Source: Bacteroidales bacterium
GTDB lineage: Bacteria > Bacteroidota > Bacteroidia > Bacteroidales > UBA1715
DNA: 64,000 bases
Direction: 5' to 3'
NCBI GenBank assembly: GCA_017516865.1
Contig: JAFXAU010000025.1
Coordinates: 57,971-121,970 of the forward strand
Shown here: positions 56,027-64,000 of the stretch, one piece after another
Layout: every line of letters begins with the position of its first letter
Numbering within the stretch: position 1 is the stretch's first letter
Translations under genes and position numbers: made by a program
The notes under the pieces: generated by a model
Told to the model about the DNA's origin: nothing
The model's input: the letters and a program-made list of their open reading frames with translations, nothing else
The model's database searches: none

Positions 56027-56950
56027 TTATTTTGACAGTTCCAACATGGTGTTGAGAGCCTTCACCGCCTTACGGCTGACTTCTTCGTCGACAAAAATTT
56101 CGTTTGTTTCGTTCAAAAGGCAGTTGTACACATCTTCGAGACGAGTTTTCTTCATATCGTGGCAACTAAGAGTTGGACTTCCAAGATAGAAGGTTTTGTC
56201 GGGATTTTGCGTTTTCATAGGGTGAAGCACGCCCTTTTCGGTGCAGACGATAAATTCTTTTGCCTCTGATTTTTTTACAAACGAAAGTAGTTGTGCCGTG
56301 GAACCCACGTAGTCGGAAATTTCAAGAATGTCGAGCTGACATTCAGGGTGTGCAATTATAAGTGCGTCGGGGTGTAGTTCCTTTTGCTTCAAGACTTTAC
56401 GTTTGTCAAGAAAATGATGAATTGGGCAGCAGCCGTTCCATACCTCGAATTGTTTTCCAGAAATTTTCATGGCGTATTTCCCTAAATTTTGGTCGGGAGT
56501 ATAAAGAATTTTTTCTCCTTGGTCGAGATAGTGTTCAATAATTTTCAAACCGTTGGTTGAGGTACAGATGCAATCGCTCAAAGCCTTGATTTCGGCTGTG
56601 GTGTTTACGTAAGTGATAATTTTTGTATCGGGGTGTTCGTCTTTGTATTTCTGCAAATCTTTTTTTGTAATTGTCTGTGCCATAAGGCAGTCGGCATTCA
56701 TGACGGGAAGAAGAACTTTTTTGTTTGGCGAAAGAATTTTTGCCGTTTCCGCCATAAAATGCACGCCACAGAACACAATAATGTCAGCGTCAGTCGACAC
56801 CGCAGTCTGACTGAGATTCAAACTGTCGCCTAAAAAGTCGGCAACATCCTGTACGTCGTCTTCCTGATAATAATGAGCTAAAATAACGGCATTCTTTTCT
56901 TTTTTCAGTCGTTGAATTTCCGATTTATAGTCTATGTTTTTCATCACCAT
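56027..56950 (-). CDS. nadA: Quinolinate synthase
   Basis: ILAHYYQ, GDSL, FCGVHFMAE, YVNT, C.IH, AHPEC, C.DMK. Confidence 0.96.
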   Translation of the reverse strand: MVMKNIDYKSEIQRLKKEKNAVILAHYYQEDDVQDVADFLGDSLNLSQTAVSTDADIIVFCGVHFMAETAKILSPNKKVLLPVMNADCLMAQTITKKDLQKYKDEHPDTKIITYVNTTAEIKALSDCICTSTNGLKIIEHYLDQGEKILYTPDQNLGKYAMKISGKQFEVWNGCCPIHHFLDKRKVLKQKELHPDALIIAHPECQLDILEISDYVGSTAQLLSFVKKSEAKEFIVCTEKGVLHPMKTQNPDKTFYLGSPTLSCHDMKKTRLEDVYNCLLNETNEIFVDEEVSRKAVKALNTMLELSK

Positions 56951-57206
56951 ACGATTTTTAGCAAAGTAAAGATTTTTTTATGAAATCATGCGTAGTGCCG
57001 AAACATAAATATGAGAATCTGTTTTGATTTATTTACAATATTTTGTTATTATGCCCTCCGAATACCCGTCTTTTAATTCTTAATCCCATTGTTATTTTAC
57101 CCTTCATTTCAAAACAATCTTTTAATTTTGTTGTATAAGTGTCTGTATGTCAATACTTTAACGGGGGTGGGTAAATTCAGAAAATTGATTATCTTTGCAA
57201 TTGGAA

Positions 57207-58323
57207 ATGACAGTTTTTATTACATCATATTATGTATTGGCAATAGTCCTGTTTCTTATGGCTGTTGTTTTCTTTTTTGTTCCGCTACCTAAGGACGAAG
57301 GGCTTCGAAATTATAAAATTTCGCTGCGTCTTTTCTCTCTATCATATGCGGCGTTGACAGTGTATTGTTTGATAAAACTTCACTATAAGCCGCAGTTGCT
57401 GAGCATACCTTTTTTGATTGCGGCACCGTCGCAGGCGATACTTCTTACGCTGTCGCATATAAATTTGGTGAATCCTCGACGGGTGACAAAAGCCCGTGCT
57501 ATAAAAAACTTGATTCCACTGATTGTTTTCATTTTGTTGGAAGTAGTGCAATATACGGTGGCTGGTCATGTTGAAATGAGGAATTACCATACTCTGCTTT
57601 TCTGGGACAACGGCTATACGCTTGGCGAGTTAACCGATGTCCTTTTACGCGAGGCATGGTTCATAGTGTATTTTGCCACTTGTATATATTATGGAATAGC
57701 ATATTTTCGTGAAGAAAAAGAATACAAGGTTCTTGCAGGAAATTATTCATCGGAAAACGAGATTGTGAATATGCCAGTGGCACGTGCCAGTTTCATTTGT
57801 GCCTTGTGTGTTGGTGTAACCACAATATTCATTACATTGTCGTTGAACGAATATATGTGTACGGTGTTGAATTATATGATAATGGCATTTTATATTGTAA
57901 TGGCGTTGTTGTATTTGCAGTATCCAAAGATGTTCCTTGAAATTTCGGCGTTCATGTTCGAAAACTCGCCGAAACTCGAAAACGTGCAAGAACAAACTGT
58001 GGATTCCGAATGGACAGAAATAAGAGAAAGCATAATAGCAGAGGGTTTGTATAAACAGAAAGGTGTTACGGTGGAAGATGTAGCACGGCGTTTTGCAAAA
58101 AATAGGACATACGTCTCTAATATGGTGATTTAATACCTTTATAAATAAATTACGTATTGCCGAAGCCGAACGGCTTGTGAAAGAGAATCCTGACATGACA
58201 TTTGCCGAGATTGCCGAAAATATCGGCTATACTGAGCAGTCGAACTTTGCGAGACAATTCCGTCAAATTATGGGCATATCTCCTTCGGCATTCCGAAAGG
58301 AAATTTTTGACGGCAAAAAATAG
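57207..58323 (+). pseudogene. Membrane-anchored AraC-family regulator, frameshifted at ~58128
   Basis: Multi-TM N-terminus and first HTH (NRTYVSNMV) stop at 58133; the shifted frame from 58129 reads FNTFINKLRIAEA...IGYTEQSNFARQF...GISP..FR to TAG 58323. Confidence 0.85.
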
Positions 58324-58353
58324 ACAATCACCCCAAACGCTTGTCAATATTGG

Positions 58354-58389
58354 ATTTTATCAATTTATATTTGTATGAATTGATAAAAT
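58354..58389. promoter_or_regulatory. 12-bp perfect inverted repeat enclosing a -7 box
   Basis: ATTTTATCAATT-N12-AATTGATAAAAT, with TATATTTG at 58366-58373. Confidence 0.6.
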
Positions 58390-58440
58390 TACTTTGCAAA
58401 AAAAGTAAAATCTTTGTTGAAATTTTAAAATTCAAATGGT

Positions 58441-61400
58441 ATGAAAAGAGCATTCTATTCTTTAATGATGTTTTTGTCGGGACTTTTTGCAAGTGCTGCG
58501 ACGTACAATGTAAAAATTAACGATGCAAATTTTGTTATCAGTGCAGAGTACCCTAATGTTGACATTACGAGTCAAGTAGGTGATTTGCTTCAAGTGGGCG
58601 ATAAGGTTATTGTGACGGTTGAAGGGTATTTTGATTATAATGTAAATGTACGTTTACTTACCATAGCGGATAATTCCGAGGAGGCAAATTGGTATAAAAT
58701 GCTGACAGAATGGAATGGTGTTGAACTTGGAACTGCAACTGTAGGAGAAAAATTCTCGGAATCGTACGAATTTACGATAACAGAAGATGCTGTTACAACA
58801 GACAAATATATTGTGCAGATTTCACTTGGTTTTAATAGTATATTGGAGGAAAAACAATGCCAAGAAAACGGTGGCATTGTAACTTTAAGTCATCTTGTTC
58901 CAGGTGCTACGGCATACAATGTATTAATTAACGATTTTGATTTTGATTGTAGTTCAGACAATGACATTGATATTTCAAGCCAAATAGGTGAGTTACTCAA
59001 AATAGGTGATGAGGTTAATGTAACAGTGGAAGGGTACTTCAGTGCGAAGGTAACAGGTGTAGGTATTTGTGGTATAGTGGATGGTTCCGAAGCTGCCAGT
59101 TGGTGGACTCCACTGACCGAAATGGACTATGCTTTATCTACAGTTATTGGTTCATCTACCGAAGTTGGAGAAAAATTCTCAGCGTCGTACGTTTTTGAAA
59201 TAATTGAGGATGCAGTATCGTCAGAAGTTTATAAACTTCGGCTGTGTCCCAAAGTTCCCATACAGGCAGGAGACAATGTAACCTTGCGTCCGACCGACGA
59301 GCCAGACCCTGAAGGCGAAACATACACTATTGATATTACTTCGACGGTGTTTTCTAATGACGGGAATGGTAGCAATTACATGGCTCAATTCCCATTTGTA
59401 ACTGAATCTACCACGCTCAAAAAGAATGATAAGGTTGTTGTAACTTTTGACGGGTCATTCTCTCAAGACATGAACGGCATCAATTTCATGATTTTTGATG
59501 GAAACTGGAGTGAAGTATTGGGATGGACTGCAAAATCTCTCTTTGTTTCGACCAACGAAAATATTGTGACATCGTATGAATTCAATATTAAAAACAATTA
59601 TGAAACTGATAATTACTACGTCGCTGTGTTTGTCGAAGGATATGACGAAAATGTAGAATTGAAGTTTACTAAAACGGGAGATATAAATAACGAATACGAA
59701 TACCTCGGCGGTCCCTCGTCCGTGTACGGTTCATTCTATACCGCCAACAACGGAGTTCAGACAAAAGTGCAGTTAGGAGAAGACGGTTCACAGGTATTGT
59801 TCTGTCTTGGTTCCGACGACAAAGGTTATTACTTTGTTTCGGGAACAAAAACTGCTAATGAAATAGTAAATTCAACGGCTGCTGAAACTAGATTCTCTGT
59901 CTCGTCAGAAAACGGTGACGATAACGATTTTAATTATGCCTCAAACAAGGTTTATGTGATGATAGGCGGCGTGTACGGATTTAAAAATAAGAATGCACAA
60001 GGTACTGTCACCGTTGTTGACATTGACGAAGAAACAGACGATGTTACGGTGAAAGTGGAAAAGGCAACAGGCTCAGGCGAAGATTTTTCTGACAAATTAG
60101 TGTATCTCGGCGGTCCTATGTCAAGCCTTGGCTCATTTTTTACAGCAGATAACGGTGTACAAACAAAATCGCAATTGGGTGACGATGCATCCAAAGTTGT
60201 ATTCTGTTTTTCTTCATATGACGGTAATGTTATTATGTCGGGAACGGCATCACCAAATGAAATTGTAAGTTCGCAGGCATCGGAAACGAAATTTGTGGCA
60301 ATGAGCGAGGCAAGCATGTCCGCATTCAAAGCATTGATTGAAACCGATTTTACAGAAACTTCTGTTGCTGTGATAGAAGGAAGTGTCTTTGCATTTAAGA
60401 ATGAATATGCAACGGGATTTTTCAAGGTCGGCAATATTGATGGGGATTTGCAGATGAAACTGTATATGGAAACAAAATTTGACCAACCGGGTGATTATGA
60501 ATACCTCGGCGGTCCCTCGTCCGTGTATGGTTCATTCTATACTGCCAACAACGGAGTTCAAACAAAAGTGCAGTTAGGAGAAGACGGTTCACAGGTATTG
60601 TTCTGTCTTGGTTTTAATGACGGCTCATACTCTATTATGTCTGGAACGGAATCTGCAAACGAAATTGTAAAATCGCAGGCATTGGAAACGCGTTTTGATA
60701 TTATAGGAGATTTGGAAGTGTTAAACTATTTAACACCAATGGATTATCGTTTTACAAGATTAGCGATTGAAGAAGGCGGACTGTATGCGTTTATAAACAA
60801 ACAAGTGAAAGGTTATTTTTCTGTTGTAGAAATACAAGAAAATACGCAGACGGTTGTTATAGACGCACATGTTGAAGAAATTTCGGGTGAAGATTTTCCT
60901 AATAAACAAGCCCTTCTGGGTGGTGCAAGTTCCATGTACGGTTCTTTCTATACTGCCGACAAGGGTGTTCAGACTAAAGCACAATTGGGCGACGATGCTT
61001 CGCAAGTCCTTTTTGCCATGTTGATGGGCAGCGAAGGTAATTGTACCGCCATGTCAGGAACATTATCAGCAAACGAAATTGTAAAATCTCAGGCATCGGA
61101 AACAAAATTTGCACTTATGAGAGCCACAGGATTGTCGGGATATTCCTTATTGAGTCCTTCCGACTTTACACAAACAAGCGTCTCTTTAGACGGGGGAGCA
61201 AACGGATATGCCTTCTCTAATAAAAATGCGTCTGGTTTCTTCACAGTGAATTATATAGATTTAGAAACAGAAACAATTTCATTGTTTGTATATTTAGAAA
61301 CAAACGTGGTAAAAACATTCGAAACCTCGTACGCCGAATGGGACGGCACAGTTGATATTGACAACGACGGTATTTCCGACCAATGGGAAAACGATTTCGA

Positions 61401-63594
61401 TGAATTTACAACGGCTGCCGGTTACGAAGAAGGCACTGAATGGCAACCGGCAACTGACGATAAATTCACACTGAAGATGTCGGGAATGGCGAACTTCACG
61501 GGATATGTTCAATTGCACATGGCCGATGTCCGCGAAGAGGTTGGATGGTTCAAGGAATTTTCAACCGCTCCTGAACGCATTTACGTGAAAGAAGGCGAAC
61601 GTTTCGAGGTAGAACGTGAATTTGTGGTTAAGACTATTACCACAGGAAATATCGAAATGCTTACTCCAAAATTGCACATGGTTTGTATCGGACAGCCGAC
61701 TTCGAGCCAAGACGGTTTCGACAATACGGTTAAAAAGACATTGTCGCTCACAAAATACGAAATGAAATATGTTCCGTTCGTACAGGAATTAGTTGCCACA
61801 TGGGATTCCTACACTGGTAACGACACCGACCTTGACGGTATTTCTGATTTATGGAACGGAAACAAGTATGTTTTTGAACATTATAATAATGTTGGCGATT
61901 CGTATGAATTCCAGATGTCTGGGTTCTCGACTTTTACGGGAACTGTAAAATTCTGGATGATTAACTGGGGTGTTAATGGCCAGACATGGAACGAAATAGC
62001 AAAACCGTCGCCATTATTCAATGTTACCGCAGGCGAAGAATATAATTTTACATGGACGTTTGATGTAACGGAGGATGAATGGGTTGTAGGTAACGGTGCT
62101 GCTTCGGCTCTTCATTACCAATTCATGCCTTCTACAACTTCTACAAAAGAAGATTTCGACAATTCAGTGGAAATGAAACTGTTTGTGAACAGATATTCTC
62201 AAACGTATGTTCCTGTTGAGACAGTGCAAGCAGGCTATATTTATCTCTATAATGTATATTCTGACACATTGAAGATATATTTGCCAAATTCAGAAGTACT
62301 TTCATCAACATACGGCAGTCCTATCACATACGAAATTGTCAGTTCAAATACAAGTGTTCCTGCCTACATCTCGAACGACACGTTGTATGTTAAATCTATC
62401 GAAGATGACCGCTCGAAAAGCATAGAAATAAAATTGAAGGGAACTATAGAGAACGGTTCGTCTGAAACGGGGACTATAGCGGTATTTGCACAAGATGAGT
62501 ATTGGGAGTGGAAGAGTGTCCGTGCAAACGATACGTTGGCGTTGTATGTGCCAAACGAATATATATTCTCAAATATGAATGGAACAGGATTCCCGACAAG
62601 GTATCGGATGTCGTATGACGAGACAGACATTCCTGTTGCTTTCTCAAACGATACGTTGTATGTAACGCCGTCGAAAGAGCATTTTGACAAATCAGTTGAG
62701 GTTATAATAAAAGGCTACTATAGCAATGGCTCTATTCTTGGTGAAAAATTGCACATTTATATCGAACACGATTCCATTGTTCCGAATCCAGAAATCGCTC
62801 TTGTTACGGTTAGCCAAACAACAGGGAAGAATCTTGTAGTATGGCAGAAATTTGATACCGACAAAATTGATCACTATAATATTTACCGCGAGGGCGAAGT
62901 GGCAGGAAAATACGAAAAAATAGCCGAAGTTCCATATTCCGAAACAAGTGTTTACGAAGACCTCGAAGCAGATCCTGTCGTTCAACCATGGCGATATGGC
63001 ATTACCGCCACCCCAACCGACGACCGATATAGTGAAACAGAAATGATTAGTGTACACAAAACGCTGCATTTGCAACAGAACCAAGGTTTGGGGGGCGTTA
63101 TCAATCTTTCGTGGAATGAATACAAAGGTATTGATTATTCTACGTATAAAATAATCAGAAAGTCGGTAGTTCGTAATGTAGAAACTATAGATACGATAGC
63201 AACTATTCCGTCGAATCTTACTACGTATACCGATATTAAACCGGCAAAAGGAACGCAAGCATATTATGTCGCAATAGAACTTCCTCAGACAATCGATCCG
63301 AATGTGCTGCTGAAGTCAGAAAATGGTCCATTCTTGTTGGCTATTTCAAATATAGCCGAGGTGGAAATCGACCCGACGGCGGTTTCGGAAGTTCAGGACG
63401 ACAATGTGGAAATCCGTGTAACAGGTCGTGTTATTACGATAAAGAATGCCGAAAACGGGGCAAAAGTGTATGACGTTTCGGGACGTTTGGTCGCTGCATC
63501 CGACGTTGCTCCTGTTCAACAGGTTGAGGTGGCGAAAGCTGGCGTTTATTTCGTGAAAATTGGCGACAATGTGTTTAAGGTAGTTCTAAATTAA
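58441..63594 (+). CDS. Giant acidic modular secreted protein with several internal repeat types, FN3-like pair and T9SS-type CTD
   Basis: Signal peptide; 2-3 x GDKV.VTVEG.F, 4 x LGG.SS.YGSFYTA.NGVQTK.QLG, 2 x D.D.DGISD.W, 2 x SNDTLYV; terminal VYDVSGRLV...GVYFVK...KVVLN. Confidence 0.88.
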   Translation: MKRAFYSLMMFLSGLFASAATYNVKINDANFVISAEYPNVDITSQVGDLLQVGDKVIVTVEGYFDYNVNVRLLTIADNSEEANWYKMLTEWNGVELGTATVGEKFSESYEFTITEDAVTTDKYIVQISLGFNSILEEKQCQENGGIVTLSHLVPGATAYNVLINDFDFDCSSDNDIDISSQIGELLKIGDEVNVTVEGYFSAKVTGVGICGIVDGSEAASWWTPLTEMDYALSTVIGSSTEVGEKFSASYVFEIIEDAVSSEVYKLRLCPKVPIQAGDNVTLRPTDEPDPEGETYTIDITSTVFSNDGNGSNYMAQFPFVTESTTLKKNDKVVVTFDGSFSQDMNGINFMIFDGNWSEVLGWTAKSLFVSTNENIVTSYEFNIKNNYETDNYYVAVFVEGYDENVELKFTKTGDINNEYEYLGGPSSVYGSFYTANNGVQTKVQLGEDGSQVLFCLGSDDKGYYFVSGTKTANEIVNSTAAETRFSVSSENGDDNDFNYASNKVYVMIGGVYGFKNKNAQGTVTVVDIDEETDDVTVKVEKATGSGEDFSDKLVYLGGPMSSLGSFFTADNGVQTKSQLGDDASKVVFCFSSYDGNVIMSGTASPNEIVSSQASETKFVAMSEASMSAFKALIETDFTETSVAVIEGSVFAFKNEYATGFFKVGNIDGDLQMKLYMETKFDQPGDYEYLGGPSSVYGSFYTANNGVQTKVQLGEDGSQVLFCLGFNDGSYSIMSGTESANEIVKSQALETRFDIIGDLEVLNYLTPMDYRFTRLAIEEGGLYAFINKQVKGYFSVVEIQENTQTVVIDAHVEEISGEDFPNKQALLGGASSMYGSFYTADKGVQTKAQLGDDASQVLFAMLMGSEGNCTAMSGTLSANEIVKSQASETKFALMRATGLSGYSLLSPSDFTQTSVSLDGGANGYAFSNKNASGFFTVNYIDLETETISLFVYLETNVVKTFETSYAEWDGTVDIDNDGISDQWENDFDEFTTAAGYEEGTEWQPATDDKFTLKMSGMANFTGYVQLHMADVREEVGWFKEFSTAPERIYVKEGERFEVEREFVVKTITTGNIEMLTPKLHMVCIGQPTSSQDGFDNTVKKTLSLTKYEMKYVPFVQELVATWDSYTGNDTDLDGISDLWNGNKYVFEHYNNVGDSYEFQMSGFSTFTGTVKFWMINWGVNGQTWNEIAKPSPLFNVTAGEEYNFTWTFDVTEDEWVVGNGAASALHYQFMPSTTSTKEDFDNSVEMKLFVNRYSQTYVPVETVQAGYIYLYNVYSDTLKIYLPNSEVLSSTYGSPITYEIVSSNTSVPAYISNDTLYVKSIEDDRSKSIEIKLKGTIENGSSETGTIAVFAQDEYWEWKSVRANDTLALYVPNEYIFSNMNGTGFPTRYRMSYDETDIPVAFSNDTLYVTPSKEHFDKSVEVIIKGYYSNGSILGEKLHIYIEHDSIVPNPEIALVTVSQTTGKNLVVWQKFDTDKIDHYNIYREGEVAGKYEKIAEVPYSETSVYEDLEADPVVQPWRYGITATPTDDRYSETEMISVHKTLHLQQNQGLGGVINLSWNEYKGIDYSTYKIIRKSVVRNVETIDTIATIPSNLTTYTDIKPAKGTQAYYVAIELPQTIDPNVLLKSENGPFLLAISNIAEVEIDPTAVSEVQDDNVEIRVTGRVITIKNAENGAKVYDVSGRLVAASDVAPVQQVEVAKAGVYFVKIGDNVFKVVLN
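59698..60613 (+). repeat. 115-bp near-identical intragenic direct repeat (59698-59812 and 60499-60613)
   Basis: Three differences, all synonymous; 801-bp offset. Confidence 0.9.
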
Positions 63595-63615
63595 ATATAC
63601 TTTTTCATTCTTTTG

Positions 63616-63650
63616 GTGGAGACGTAGCAGCGCTACGTCTCTTTTTATTT
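63616..63650 (+). terminator. REP-family-derived hairpin acting as terminator
   Basis: GAGACGTAGC-AGC-GCTACGTCTC followed by TTTTTATTT; shares GAGACG/CGTCTC arms with the 28-bp family. Confidence 0.75.
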
Positions 63651-63698
63651 GCAAATTCGAAAAAAACTGTAATTTTGTATTTATAAAAAAATGCAAAA

Positions 63699-64000
63699 AT
63701 GGATGATAAGACAATAGTGATGGCTGCCGACCATGCAGGCTATCAAATGAAGGAATACATCAAAAAACAATTGGTTCAGGAAGGTTATTCTCCTGTTGAT
63801 TACGGAACTGATTCTGATGAATCTGTCGATTATCCAGATTTTGCTCATAAAGTCGGCGAGGCTATCGAAAGCGGGGCATACTCAAGAGGATTGGTGTTCT
63901 GCGGTTCGGGCAATGGCGTGAACATGACGGTGAACAAGCACAAAGGTGTTCGTTCCGCATTGTGCTGGAACGAGGAAATTGCCCGTCTTGCCCGTGCACA
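63699..64000 (+). CDS. rpiB: Ribose-5-phosphate isomerase B (3'-truncated; not in ORF track)
   Basis: Hand translation MDDKTIVMAADHAGY...SVDYPDFAH...FCGSGNGVNMTVNKHKGVRSALCW. Confidence 0.95.
   Translation, partial: MDDKTIVMAADHAGYQMKEYIKKQLVQEGYSPVDYGTDSDESVDYPDFAHKVGEAIESGAYSRGLVFCGSGNGVNMTVNKHKGVRSALCWNEEIARLARA

Noticed and set aside
57136-57175. TAAGT..TG..CA..ACTTTA quasi-palindrome plus G-tract as recombination site or phase-variable tract
   Set aside because: Palindrome is weak and the G run is interrupted (GGGGGTGGG); no supporting context
58354-58389. Invertible (phase-variable) promoter
   Set aside because: Only 12 bp between the repeats, too short to carry a full promoter or to invert; no recombinase nearby

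Overview
A 64-kb chromosomal segment of a Bacteroidota (Bacteroidales-like) organism, judged from TAnnTTTG -7 promoter boxes, T9SS-type C-termini and gene content. Most of it is housekeeping: pheA-tyrA-DAHP synthase/chorismate mutase-aroB-aroD, gldD, ssb, purH-mreBCD-mrdA-rodA, atpBEFHAG (no atpD/C), panB, mltG, sufS-map-hemW, rpmF, queH, ruvB, nadA and rpiB. It also encodes two giant modular secreted proteins, a HicAB pair and a frameshifted AraC gene. Features missing from the ORF track: (1) an orphan CdiA-C-like PD-(D/E)XK nuclease facing a convergent structured ~125-nt RNA with its own promoter and terminator, the unit bounded by a duplicated promoter segment; (2) a four-helix-bundle gene enclosed by inverted 7-mer tandem arrays; (3) a Phe/Tyr leader-peptide attenuator; (4) an AT-rich island with a large pseudoknot-like element, an XRE gene with tandem operators and a five-gene SPFH/YidD-like/TPR operon; (5) a 28-bp GTAG-type REP family and a nested MITE-like repeat. 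No tRNA, rRNA, CRISPR array, integrase or transposase was seen. All family assignments come from motif recognition by eye, not database searches.
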